A stretch of DNA of 64,000 bases, taken from positions 501,932 through 565,931 of the forward strand of contig NW_015168670.1 in NCBI RefSeq assembly GCF_001447785.1, read 5' to 3'. The notes beneath the pieces were generated by a model. That model saw nothing but the letters and a program-made list of their open reading frames with translations, did no database searches and was not told the origin of the DNA. Position 1 is the stretch's first letter, and each line of letters opens with the position of its first letter. The translations under genes were made by a program, and so were the position numbers. This DNA is from Gekko japonicus. Its lineage: Eukaryota. This document shows, in pieces, positions 23,789 to 36,400 of the stretch.

Positions 23789-26267
23789 CTGTTGTAAACA
23801 AGATGTACAAAGGGTGAGAAGAGCAGTTCTACAAACAACTCAAAAAGAACCTTAAGCACCACAATGACAGGAAACATATTGAGATTGTGGGAAGCACTTA
23901 AGGTTCTAATAACACAAGCTATGAACATTAGAAAGTAACTGAAAGGAGACATTGTGAACAACCTTGGCTATATGGATCTGGGGTATTAAGAGTAATACTA
24001 ACCTACCTCTGCCCAGGTAGAATTTTACCATTCTAAATTTTCAAGGCTTTAGGCCAGGGGACACAAAATCAGGTGTTGGTTGCAATCACACAATCAATTT
24101 GCAAAGGGGTCAAAAGGCCAGCATTGGTGTTTGGGATTTTATAGTGTTTTGAAATGAACACTTCAATTACACTTTTAAAAGGTAGTACTTTAACAATGAG
24201 AAGATGGCCCTGCAGATGAACAAAGCTAATTACTGTATTTATTGAGGAAGAAACCAAATATCATGCTGTCTCTTTTCACATTTAGAAAAAAAGGGCAAGC
24301 AATCTTGATACTTAATTGTCCGCATTTGACATGTTTCATCATCCTTATTAACAACACAGCACCATCACTGTACATGGTGCTTTATGCACTACTATAAGCA
24401 AGAACAATAAAAAAGGTCCTCCCCCCAGCTCACAATGTAAATTCCAACAATGGGAGAAGAGGAAGGCAGAGTTAAGGCAAGAAGAATGTGAACAAATGTA
24501 GTTACATGTACATGAGATTAGTTGGGGATGACAACTAAAGTACAAACTACACATAATACAGGAAATCCATGATTAGAACTCCACCTTCCTGTTCAACTGG
24601 AATGCAGCTGCAGAGGCTACCAAATACTTTGAAACAGCTATGCTAAGGGATAAAGTAGGGTTTCTCTCTCGTGTGTGTGTGTGTTGGTTATGAAAACAAC
24701 ATACAGGGTATGGAAAGTGTTGAACATATATGCATACACTGCTGCTGTCATGAACACGTTCACTCATCTCTAAGAGATGAAGGGGTAGCTGTTACTGTTC
24801 TAGGGGGAAGTGGATTAGGACTGGCCACTGAGAGGGTGACAAACCATACTGACTACCTGACAAGGCCCAGAGGCCACAGGAGGAAGGTTGCAGGCTTAAC
24901 ATGTCTGGGGAATTATAGATGTGACAGAGTTTTGGACTCTCACTAGCCCTTGGTGGCACACTGGTTGGTAGCGGCTTGAAGGGCAGTGGAGGCGGTGGCA
25001 TGCTGTGGGTGTGGCAATGGAGGGTCAGAGTGCCTTTGCCGTGCCCTCTTGAAAGCCGCTGTCACCAGTTCTGCAGCACTCTCTGTTCACTCTGGACACG
25101 TCCTGCTGCCACATGGGCTGGCAGGAGCCTCCCACTGCCACCTGGAGGAGTTGGCAGCTGTGAGTCACATGGATGGTCAAAGGTGCTCATCCCTTCCATG
25201 TCATCCTGTTCTGGAGTCTGTAGAGTGCTGGCAAGGGGTTGGGGGGGCTCTGTGCCTTCGATTGCCACAGGGGCCAAGCTGGAAAGGGGGTACTTTTGGG
25301 GGTTCCTGGGGACTTGAGATCAATGTTGGTTATTGGCCTGTGACCTGGTCTTGACAGCCCTGCATTGGTTGTTCCATGGGGTCCCCTGGAAGGTGCGGAG
25401 GTGTGTGAAGAGGATTGGTGATAGTTGTTGATCTGTGGGGCTGCACCTTTTAGGATTCCTTGAGTGGGGTCCCCTTTCTGCCAGTGGGTGTTGTTGCCCC
25501 CTTCCCTTTGAGTTGATTGAGTCCATTTTGGGCCCTCTAGACCCCCACGCCATTGCGGCCACCATTTTTAGTGCAGCAAGGTCCAGTTGTGGGGGCCCCT
25601 TCAGGTGCCTGCAAGAGAAGGTCGACCTGTTCTTGGGCGTCATATGCCCCACCCCACCCCCATATGGTCTTCTTTGTTTTCGGGCAGGTTAAATTGCCCT
25701 GCCAGGGGTTGAATGGGAAATGGTACCTTTGTCACCTCGTAAGTCCTATACTTGATTCATAGCTGACTATTTCCCCTCAAAGTTAAATAAAACAGTTTAT
25801 TTTTGAACTACCATTAGCTTCTCGTGTGCCATTTTCAAACCAGGACATAAAAAGGATTTTAGTCTCTCCCCTCAGTTCCCTAGGCTAGGTCAGCATATAT
25901 CTAAATACATTCAAAGGACTGGGTGGGACAGCCAGAGAGAAAAACGAAGAAAAGGAAAAAGGGGCTGCTCAGCAAAGAACAAGATAAAGAGAAATCCTGT
26001 GAAGGAGGGCGTAAACATGATAAGGTCATACTAATAAAAGACTAGCAGGAGGGAGGGTCAGGAAAGACCCCTGCTTCAGATCTCAGAGAACTACTGCTGG
26101 ACAATGCAAGTATGGACTAGATGGGCCAATGGTGGGACTTCATCTGTACATGTTATATGTTGGCATGACTGCTACTAACACGTAGAACAGCTCATGCAAT
26201 GCACCATTCCATAAAGCAAGTAGCATGGCATGATACTCAAGCACAGGTCAAGAAAGTCTCTGGCCAC

Positions 26268-26748
26268 ACATAAGAACATAAGAGAAGCCAGTGTTGGATC
26301 AGGCCAATGGCCCATCCAGTCCAACACTCTGTCACACAGTGGCCAAAAATACCAGGTGCCATCAGGAGGTCCAGCAGTGGGGCCAGGACACTAGAAGCCC
26401 TCCCACTGTTGCCCCCCCCCCCAAGCACCAAGAATACAGAGCATCACTTGCCCCAGCCTGAGAGTTCCTATCTATACCTTGTGGCTAATAGCCACTGATG
26501 GATTTCTGCTCCATATGCTTATCTAATTCCCTGTTGAAGCTGTCCATGCTTGTAGCCGCCACCACTTCCTGTGGCAGTGAATTCCATGCGTTAATCACTC
26601 TTTGGGGGAAGAAGTACTTCCTTTTATGTGTTTTAACCTGACTGCTCAGCAATTTCATGAAGTGCCCGTGAGTTCTTGCATTGTGAGAAAGGGAGAAAAG
26701 TACCTCTTTCTCTACCTGCTCTATCCCATGCATAATCTTATAAACCTC
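26268..26748 (-). mobile_element. CR1 LINE 3' fragment
   Basis: ORF 26485-26733 RKYFFPQRVINAWNSLPQEVV; terminal acataagaacataag repeats. Confidence 0.92.
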
Positions 26749-29206
26749 GAAGACATGGTGCTGCTAGACATTCAGCAACCACACGCCATCACAGTGCTGC
26801 CCATCTTGTCCTCCATCTCCACTACGTCCCAGTAATGGTCATTACGAAAGGCCCAAATGTATACACCAGATTTCCTCTTCAGCTTATGTGAAACAAGTAT
26901 TCCTAACAAAGCAGCTGGTCCTCAAGATGATGAACTGAAACATACCACTGCCAAAACAGGGACATGTTCCTTTCATAGTATGTAATGAAAATGAATTTGG
27001 AATTTAACCTGTGTAATATCAGAGTCAAATGGGATACTTTGACTTCTTAGCACTTGTGAGAGGTAGTAAAGCCAGGTAGCTAACTGTGCCATCCTAAGTA
27101 GAATTACATCCATTGATGTTAAGGGTGTTACTCTGCTCAGGACAGTACTGCAAGAGCCTGAGCTATGAGCTAAACAGTCTTGGTTTAAGTGCAGCTCAAT
27201 TGTGATCATACTGCATAGCTTCAGACAAGCCATTTTCTATCAATCCATATCCTCCCTTACCTGTAATAAGGGGGGTAATGCTAATTATGTTTTTATCACA
27301 CAGCTATTTTATATTGTTTTCTTTTTAAAAAATTGCACATTTATCAGGGGAAAAAAGTTGTCAACAATCTGGAGGAAAAGTATCCTCTCCTTTTAAAAGA
27401 GGCTTAATGTATGGAAATGGGCAGGTGAAGCTCTTCATAACATGGAGGTAAATAACATCACCTGGTAAATAAACATCCCATTTAAGCCTCTATTAAAGGG
27501 GCAGGGCATTTTTTCTCCTGGTCAATTGGCAACCAGAGGTGTAACTGTTTAGAAAGGTACTACAATTATAAATAATTTACTCCAAAATTCCTAAGTACTG
27601 GTGAAATCCTTTGAACATTCTTTATAGTTGTATTAGGAAAAATTCTAAGTTTTACTTGCAGTTACTGAGGCTATCTAAAAACTTTGTTTCTGTTGAAGAT
27701 TCTCTGGCTTACAGTGGAAGACTAGTGGCATGTTCAAGACTAAATGAGACAATTTTAGTAACAGAGCACAAGTTTTCCTAAGCAATTATCTTCTTGCTTA
27801 CTGAATGTACCTGGGGTTTGGGAATAAAGATAAACATAGATAATCTTGAGTGGCTGTATCAAAGAGGCATTAAATTGCTTTTACAGCCTAAAGGGCGTCA
27901 TCACTGCAAACAAAAAGAATCCTTATGTGTGGCTCAATTTCTCCTGAAGATTTCATTTGCATTTTATGATACCTTCATCTAATGAAAAGGACCTTGTTTG
28001 GTTGTGTTCACAGTTTAGCTTTGGTCTCTGAACCGGTTCCTTTTTGCTAATCCCCTTGGAACGCAGAACTTCACGCCCACAAGGAAGGCCCAGTTAACCT
28101 GCTGCATTCCAGGGCAGCTGTTTTGTTACCTGCTTCTGTCCTCCTCTTGTTCAATTGCAAAGGGAGGGGATTTAATATTTTACACAGTAAGAAGAAATAA
28201 AACACTCCCTACATCTTCCACCTCCGTAAAAAGGGTGTGGGCAGAACATGAAATGTTTACAGACACACCATCCAGAAAGAAGTGCAAATGTTCCAGGGTA
28301 AATGAAATTTCTGCCAACAAGCTCCAGAAATTATTCCTTGTTGTGAGTCCGGGCACACAAGCCTCACACCTGCTAGGAATGTGAGCAATTAAGCTTTCTC
28401 TACCTAGTCAATATACTGCAAACCATGAAGACATTTACAGCTTGGTTAGTTAATCATCTGGTTTTTTGCAAATCTTAAGATATTTTGATGCTTCCCATCA
28501 AATTCCAGATTTCAGTCATGCCATTTAACACATTGTTTTTTTTCCTACTTAGTAAAATCATTTGCACTTTCCTGGTTGCAGTAAAAACAGAAACAGTGAA
28601 TATTAAAAGCCAAAGGACAGAAAAATGTGCATGATTAAGAACGCTGTGTGATTTCAGATACCTGAGTCATGATTGCATAATGGGGGGGGGGGGACTCAAA
28701 AAATGGCAGCTTCTAACAGCATAAGCTTGCAGGGTCTGTCAGACAAAATATACCAGCATCCATGACTGAGGGCGGCTGAAGGTGGTGGATGAAGTGATGC
28801 CCTTACCAACAGGCATCAGGAAGGTGTGACAAAGCTGCTCGAGTCATGGCTGCAGCTCTACGCAGGCACACAGATTATGAATGTGTAGTGGATTCAGTTG
28901 ACAGCAAGTGATGTCATCACCCTGCAAGCCCACTAGGTTCCACTGCCACTCAGTAGCTACAGCCCTGTTTGGAGTTGCAGCCTCCATGGCCCCCTCCCCC
29001 TCCTGTGATACTCAGTGGGGGGGGGGCGTTTTGAATTAAACCAGTGCAGAAGGAAGAGTTAAGATGCCCCACCCAGTCTCCACCTGGAGACTGCAGCCTG
29101 GGGAAGAATCTTTAGCTAAAGAAAGTTAAAAAGTTGGAGGAAAAAGCTACATGTGACTAAGATGTATAATTTGCATCTTAGGCAGATAAGAGTGATGGAG
29201 CTACTC

Positions 29207-29288
29207 TGCCATCCTAAGCAGAGTTACACCCATCTACACCCTTTGACTTCAGCGGATTTTGTATAGTGTAACTCTGCTTAGAATGGCA
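29207..29288. repeat. Short foldback/MITE with a 23-bp inverted repeat
   Basis: tgccatcctaagcagagttacac ... gtgtaactctgcttagaatggca (1 mismatch); relatives at ~27085, ~32566 and ~42080. Confidence 0.75.
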
Positions 29289-29406
29289 CTGTTAGAGGTG
29301 AAAAGATCCTGAGAAGGGATAAGGGCAGAAATATAAGGTGGGGCAAAGCCATGAAGAGCTTTAAACAGATGATGTGAAAGAAGATGGAAATCCAGTATAA
29401 TGCTAT

Positions 29407-29679
29407 AAGAGGAAGAAGAAGAGATTGGATTTATACCCTGCCCTTCACTCAGAGTCTCAGAACGGCTTACAAACTCCTTTCCCTTCCCCTCCCCACAACA
29501 GACACCCTATGAGGTAGGTGGGGCTGAGAGAGCTCTGAGAGAACTGCTCTTTCAAGGACAGCTCTTGTCAGAACTATGGTTTGCTCAAGGTCATCCAGCA
29601 GCTGCAAGTGGAGGAGTGGGAAATCAAACCCGGTTCTCCCAGATTAGAGTCCACACACTTAACCACTACACCAAACTGG
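29407..29679 (-). mobile_element. Squam3-type tRNA-derived SINE
   Basis: Reverse of head agtttggtgtagtggttaag (A box) ...ggtttgatttcc (B box); gaa-repeat tail; homologous to copies at 46166, 56297 and 61368. Confidence 0.85.
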
Positions 29680-30002
29680 AGGCAGTGCATGGTTTGAGCA
29701 ACAAGACAGGTGAAGTGTTTTAGCAGGAGAGTTCCAGATAGAAGTGAGAGGACTCCAGTGTGACACAGGAAAGCCAAAAACAGACTTAGGAGTTAGGGCA
29801 AGGGGAGACAAGCATGTGCACCAGAGCTATCCAAGGCTATGGGCAGAAAGAGACTGATTTAGACAGGGTTGTGGAAGGAGAAGAGATGTGATTCGGAAGA
29901 AGACAGAATATGGGGAGCAAAGGACAGGAAAGGCGCCGGGGAAAGCCAAGGCCGTGTGCACGTATCAGAGAGGAGGAGGATGTTACTGATGGGAGACAGA
30001 AA

Positions 30003-30120
30003 GTAATAGATCAGCCATGTTAGTCTGTTGCAGCAAAAATAAACCGGAGTCCTGGGGCACCTTAAAGACTAACATTTTATTCTAACACAAGCCTGGGTTG
30101 AGAGCCCATTTCTTCAGAGA
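30003..30120 (-). mobile_element. Penelope-type terminal repeat fragment
   Basis: agccatgttagtctg...ggcaccttaaagactaac motif; reverse homologs at 32285-32430 and 40316-40390. Confidence 0.55.
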
Positions 30121-30449
30121 CAATAGAGTAGATCCCCACAGACAGATATTTTATGTAGGAGGGTATGATAAACCAAACAGTATAGTTGAGGGGCCATGAA
30201 AAGCAGGAAGTACAGGGTGAAATGTAATCGTATAAAATTCAAATCTACTCAGGAAAAAATACAGAGACCATTCACTAGTTATGCTAAGCTAGTGACCACC
30301 TGTACTGTGTGGGGGAGCCCCAGAGTATAAAAAAGACTTCATATGGCTCATGGGTCAAAAATCCTAAGACCTCCCCTGACTTGAACAAAGTACAACAAGA
30401 TAAACTAAGGTATGGAGAAATAACAGAGTAACCGTTATCAGCCATTCCA

Positions 30450-30800
30450 CTCAGAAGAATGGATAAGGGTCTGCAAAAAACTCCATCTAAATTTATACCA
30501 AAAAAGCCTTCCCTAGAAAGCAATTTTAAGTTACGCTTGCTATTTATCTCCCATCTAGCCAGTGCAAACTTTTATCATGAGATTCACATCATCACAAAGA
30601 TTCCATTCTGTGGTAAGGATTCCTCACTGGCCTTTTTCTACGGAACGGTCACCTTGGCTCATGCATTTATTCATGAGAGTCCAGACAATGTGCCTCCCAA
30701 ACTATTGTCTCCTATATTTTACCCCTTCACCCAAAGATGTCATCCCAGCTTAATAAAAAAATAATACTGATTCACAGTGGTTTTTCAAGGTTGCACATAA
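30450..30800 (+). mobile_element. Possible degraded RTE-X-like LINE C-terminal fragment
   Basis: KIPF...GTVTLAHAFIH...KLLSPIF weakly resembles recalled RTE-X ORF C-termini. Confidence 0.3.
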
Positions 30801-31116
30801 TGCTCTTGTCTTACCTTGTTTGGCTTGTAATGTTCCTGACGATGTACAGCCTGCCCTACCTCTCTCCATTACCTGGCCAACACATCACCATTACTTATTC
30901 TAAAATCGTGACCCTCCCAAGGGGGCTGCAGATTTCTATTCCTTTTTCACCTTCAACCTGCACTAAGGAAGGAGGGAAATGGTCAATTTTATGTTCAAAA
31001 ATTTTAAGTACTTAAAATATGAATGGTCCACAGCCTTATACCAGTAGTGATCCTTACACATTGCTTTTGATGGATGGGGGTGGGAAGTGGCTATTCCTTC
31101 AACAAATACAGACAAT

Positions 31117-31375
31117 AGCCTTGACCTGGATAGCCCAGGCAAGCCCAATCTTGTCAGACCTCTCAGACCTCAGAAGCTAAGCAGGGCCAATCCCGGCAAG
31201 TATTTGGTGGGAGATCTCCAAAGAATACCCCGGCTGGGAGGCAGAGGCAAGTTATCAAGCCACTGAACATTCTCCACGCCCCAGTAGGAGTCGCCAGAGG
31301 TCACCATGACTTCCAGGCATGGGCGCACAAACACACACGCACGCAAACTGCAAAAATACAAAAAAAGAGAACCAA
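31117..31375 (+). mobile_element. 5S rRNA-derived SINE with RTE-like tail
   Basis: gcccaatcttgtcaga...gaagctaagcagggc...agtatttggtgggaga...gaataccc aligns by eye to vertebrate 5S rRNA (A and C boxes); tail gtcgccagaggtcaccatgactt...cacacac. Confidence 0.75.
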
Positions 31376-31723
31376 GGAAAAGGTAATACCCGCTTCTCAC
31401 ATGCACATTCACCACTTTTCTACACTAGGTAATTGCACATTTTTTGGCTAAAAGTGTGGGACTGAATTCCACCGAAAGCCATTGTGGGTGAGAGGATAGG
31501 AAGTCTGCTCTGTGGAGGTTTGTTCTGTGGCAGCTGATTTGCTGGCTATTGCAGGTGCGATGAACACACACAAAAACCAGTCTTTGGTTTGTAATGCATG
31601 CATGTTAATCAAAGCAGTATGAAGAAGAGAGAGAAAGGTTATAAGAGGGAGAAACTGAATGGTGATAGGATGGAATGATGGAAGAAGCAGAAGAGGGATC
31701 AGAATCCCCACAAATATACTTAC

Positions 31724-31818
31724 AAATGGTTCCCCAGCATGTTTCTTTTAGTGGCCCCTAGATAGAGCATCAAGTGTGGATCAGAATGCTCATCGCCAAC
31801 CATTGTGGGTCCAACTTC
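31724..31818 (-). CDS. GCHFR: GCHFR exon 2
   Basis: tttgcag|GAA...CAT TT|gtaagt; EVGPTMVGDEHSDPHLMLYLGATKRNMLGNH. Confidence 0.97.
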
Positions 31819-32284
31819 CTGCAAAGGAAAAAAATCAATTCTGTTCCTGAAAAACAAATCATTCCCTTTCATTCTACCTGCTTAAATTTAAGTTACAACA
31901 TATACAACACTTAAGAAAAAATGTTTAATTGACAACAAATGGTACGTTTCACTTGGAGAAAATTCACAAAAGCTTCCAGTATATTGAAATATATTTTAAT
32001 GAAAAGTCAACTACTCCAAGGGGCATTTGGGCAGCACCACACTGGCTGATCTGGACAGAAGAGAGCAATGTGGTCGTTTACACCTGTTAGAGCAAAGCAC
32101 AGGAGGAAGGCAGGTCTCTGGAAATGCTCAGGGAGACCAAGTGCTAGAGAAGAGTTCCCCCTACAGGCTGAACAAGAGACAACAACAAAGAGCGAGCAAA
32201 AGTATCCATTATTATGGCGCTTGACTCTAATTAGCCCATCCTGGCAACATCCTCCTCACCCTCTACCTAGATGTAATGGTTGGT

Positions 32285-32430
32285 GACTTCTGTTCCAATG
32301 TATCTGAAGAAGAGTGCATGCACATAAAAGCTTACACCCAGAATGAAACTTTGTTGGTCTTAAAGGTGCCACTGGACTCAAACTTTGTTCTGCTGCTTCA
32401 GACCAACACGGCTACCCCACCTGGATCTAT
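32285..32430 (+). mobile_element. Penelope-type terminal repeat with degenerate hammerhead core
   Basis: ctgaaga-agagtgcatgcac-ataaaagctt followed by ttggtcttaaaggtgcc...cagaccaacacggcta. Confidence 0.6.
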
Positions 32431-33474
32431 TGTATTACTTAACAAGCTTTGTTCCCAACACCATCAAGGAGAAATGTGGTAATGGATTTCTTTAATTAAA
32501 CACCTAAATATCTGACTTTCCTTCTGAAACAAGAAGCTGAACGAGCCTTACAAAACAAGCCTTCCAGTGCAATCCAAAACACAGTTAAACCTTTCTAAAC
32601 CCATTGAAATCAGCGGCCTAAACTCTGCTTATGATTGCACTGTTAGATACCACAAAAATCAGCAGCTCACACCAGGTTTCATTAGCTCGCCCATACCACC
32701 GGAAGTCATTTCTGTCTCACCAACAGTCTGAAACAAACAATTACGAACTCCCTCTCCATGTACAAAAAAACCCACACCTGCCTGGTTGCAGAGGGGTGAG
32801 TTATAAACCACTGAGATGCTTTTGTAAACCTTTTCAGAAAATTCTGTTTAAACACACAAACTCTCATAAATTGTGAGGAAGCAACAGCTCTTGACCCACG
32901 GATAAAACACTGCAGTGCTTGGCAGAAAGGAAGTGCGCAGGGCAACTGGTCTCAGGAACAACAAAGCTGTGCCGAGGCAAAAAGAAGCACTCGGGGTCCA
33001 GTCTAAATTCCAGGAAGGGGGTGTGTGTGTGTTTCTCTGACCCTGAAATTTCTGGTTTATAAACATACAAGGAAGAAGCTGCTGAAGCTTCTATGTCCTC
33101 AGCGCAAGCTACAACAAACATTGCAAATGGAAATCCAAGTCTAAAGGAGCAGGCCAAAACTGGCTGAGGATTTTGCATGCTTTCCTGACTCACAAGGAAC
33201 AGATTCCACTGCAACAGACTGCACTTGCGAGTTTAGTAACAAAAACAAAAAGACTTTGTATTTGTCAAGAGGATGTTTTTAAACTGAATCTCTTTAGCTG
33301 CTTTGGGCTTTGCTAAGGAAAGGCAGGCTATAAAAACTGGCCTTGAAAACAAACACATGAATATACCACAGTTATTCCACTCTATTTATTGCAAAAGGGC
33401 ATTGAGTGCTGCAGAAATGTAAAGAAACTGTTTCATCTGAAATCCTGCCTGCAGAATGACTGCTCAGTTTTGTA

Positions 33475-36400
33475 ATAAACGTCTTATAGGACGTTTATGA
33501 AATCCTATGAGATGGCGGTGAAGACTGCTAAAAGAGAATTTTATGCAGCATCCATCGAATCTGCTAGCTCACACCGAGCACAATTATTTAGGGTAATTAA
33601 GTTGTTAATTTCTCTCAAAGGGAAAACCCAAAATGTTAGTAATCTGGCCATTAGCTGTGAGGCTTTTTGAGCTTTTTTTGCAGATAAAATCTTGTCACTC
33701 CACCACAACCTGCCTGTCAACGTTGATACAGTGTGTGAACTGGAGGCCCCTTGGCTGTCTTTGGATTCAGTATTGGACAGCTTCAGCCGACTACCTCGGC
33801 CTGATGTTGACAGGGTTCTGGGTGCTGTTAAACCTACCATTTGCCTCTGAGACCCATGTCCCCCATGGCTGGTGAAAACTGGTAGTAACAGAATATGGGG
33901 GTCCCTGGTGGACATTATAAATCTGTGTCTGAGCTTGGGGGTCTACCAGGGGGGATTAAAAGAGGCTGTGGTGACACCACTCTTAAAGAAACCATATTTG
34001 GCTCCTACTGATCTGACGAATTACTGCCCAGTATCAAATATACAAGGATGTATATTGTCCCCTTGCTTATTTAATTTATATGCAGAGTACATCATGCGAA
34101 ATGCCGACCTGGATGAATCACAAACCGGAATTAAGATTGCCGGGAAGAACACCAACAACCTCAGATATGCAGATGATACCACTCAAATGGCAGAAAGTAA
34201 AGAGGACCTAAAGAGCCTCTTGCTCAGAGTAAAAGAGGAGAGTGCAAAGGTTGGCTTGAAACTCAACATCTAAAAAATTAAGATCATGGCATCCGGCCCC
34301 ATCACTCCTTGGCAAATAGAAGGAGAAGTCGTGGAAGCAGTGACAGACTTCACGTTCCTGGGATCCCAGATCACCGCAGACTGTGACAACAGCCATGAAA
34401 TTAAAAGACGCCTGCTCCTTGGGAGGAAAGCAATGGCAGCCCTGACAGCATGATAAAGAGACATCACCCTGCCAACAAAAGTCCGTATGATCAAAGCAAT
34501 GGTATTCCCAGTAGTCATGAATGGCTGCGAGAGTTGGACTATAAGGAAGGCCGAGCGCCGAAGAATAGATTCTTTTGAATTATGGTGCTGGAGAAGACTC
34601 TTGAGAGTCTCCTGGACTGCAAGGAGATCAAATCAGTCAATCCTAAAAGAAATCAACCCTGACTGTTCCCTGGAAGGCCAGATACTGCAGCTGAAGCTCA
34701 AATACTTTGGCCACCAAATGAAAAGGGGGCACTCACGGGAGAAGACCCTGATGCTGGGAAAGATTGAAGGTCAAAGAAGAAGGGGACGGCAAAGGATGAG
34801 ATGGTTAGACAGTGTTATCGAGGCAATGAACATGAAATTAAGCAAACTCCGGAGCACAACGTAAGACAGGAGGGCCTGGTGTGATGTGGTCCATGGGGTC
34901 GCGAAGAGTCAGACTTGAGTGTGTGACTGAACAACAACAATCGAATCTTTTGTTTCTGAGTAAGGTAACTGAGAGAGCGGTGGCAGAGCAGCTTCAGACT
35001 TTCCTGGAGGACACATTAGCTCTAAACCCATTCCAGTCTCGTTTCTGCCCTGGCCAAGGAATGGAGACGGCACTGGTCACCCTTGCAGACAATCTTTGTA
35101 GGCAGCTGGACCATGGTAGATTGGTGCAGCTGTTATTACTCAACCTGACAGCAGTGTTCGACAGGATCAACCATGATCTGTCAATCCACCGCCTTGCCAA
35201 TGTAGGAATTCGTGGGACGGCCTTGAAGCAGCTTGCCTCATTTCTCCAAGGTCAGGGACAGAGGGTTTCACCACAATCCTCTGGTATGTGGAGCCCCCCA
35301 GAGGGCAATCCTCTCTCCAATGTCATTCAACATCTATATGTGCCCCCTCACCCTGCTGACTGGGTTGTCATCAGTACACAGACGACACCCAGCTGTATCT
35401 GTTGATGGACAGACAGCCAGACACCGCCCCAGCTATTTTGGCCAGGGGTTTGGAGGCCGTGGTTGGATGGTTGAAACAGAGCCTCCTGAGACTGAACCCC
35501 TCTAAGATGAAGGTTATGTGGCTGGGTAGGGAGGATTCAGGGTTAGGGTGCCGACTCCCGGCTCTTGACAATGTGCCTTTAACACCAGTGCCAACTGTCA
35601 AGACCCTAGGTGTGTTTCTGGATGCCTCCTTATCGATGGAGGCCCAGATCACAAATGTTGCCAGACTGTCATTCCTTCAGTTATGACAGATCAGGCAGCT
35701 GGTTCCCTTCCTGTCTTGCCCTGACATAGCCAACAGTGATCCATGCAACGGTCATCTCCAGGTTAGACTACTGTAACTTGCTCTATGCAGGGCTACCCTT
35801 GAGACTGATCTGGAAATGTCAACTGGTCCAGAATGCAGCAGCGCAGCTTGTTACAGGAACTCCATCGATAGCCCATATAACATCAGTGCTTCGCCAGCTG
35901 CATTGGCTCCACGTCTGAATACTGGATCAGGTTCAAGGTTCTGATATTAACCTTTAAGGCCCTGAACAGTCTGGGACCAATGTATCTACAGGACTGCCTC
36001 TCCTGATATTACCCCCCCAAAGAGCATTATGCTTAGTGGAGAAGAACTTACCGGTGATCCCGGGCCCAAAAAGCATCCAACTGTCCTCAATCAGAGCTGA
36101 ATGACATCCGTGCCCCGTGGGACCTAATGCAGGGCTTGTGAGAGAGAGGTGTTTCACCAGGCCTATGGTTAAGGACTGCAACAGTTTTCCATCCAGCCTG
36201 GCTCCTTCTGTCCTTCTCCCTCCACAGGGAAAGGACACTAAATTGTCTGCCTTATGCGTCATCTGTAAATTGTCAGTTAAATTGTATGCTTATTTTAATT
36301 CTTTTAAGTCTTTAAATTTTAACCCAACTGTAAATGCTGTTATTGGAAATGTTGTTCCCCACCCTGAGCAGGCTATAAGTCACAATAAAAAAATGAATAA
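33475..36400 (+). mobile_element. L2 LINE (RT region to 3' end), interrupted by BovB
   Basis: LKEAVVTPLLKKP..NYCPVSN|..FLSKVTERAVAEQLQ; SRLDYCNLLYAGLP..QLVQNAAA..HITSVLRQLHWL. Confidence 0.9.
34040..34939 (+). mobile_element. RTE-BovB LINE, 5'-truncated
   Basis: QGCILSPCLFNLYAEYIMR...NNLRYADDTT...GCESWTIRKAERRRIDSFELWCWRRLLRV...GRQRMRWLD; (caa)n tail; approximate TSD atcaaat/atcgaat. Confidence 0.95.

Noticed and set aside
23789-23961. N-terminal part of ORF 23608-23961 as GCHFR coding sequence
   Set aside because: Intronic; the true exon starts at the acceptor at 23788
31143-31232. Functional 5S rRNA gene
   Set aside because: Diverged, internally duplicated, lacks the 5' end and T-run terminator, and is fused to a retroposon tail
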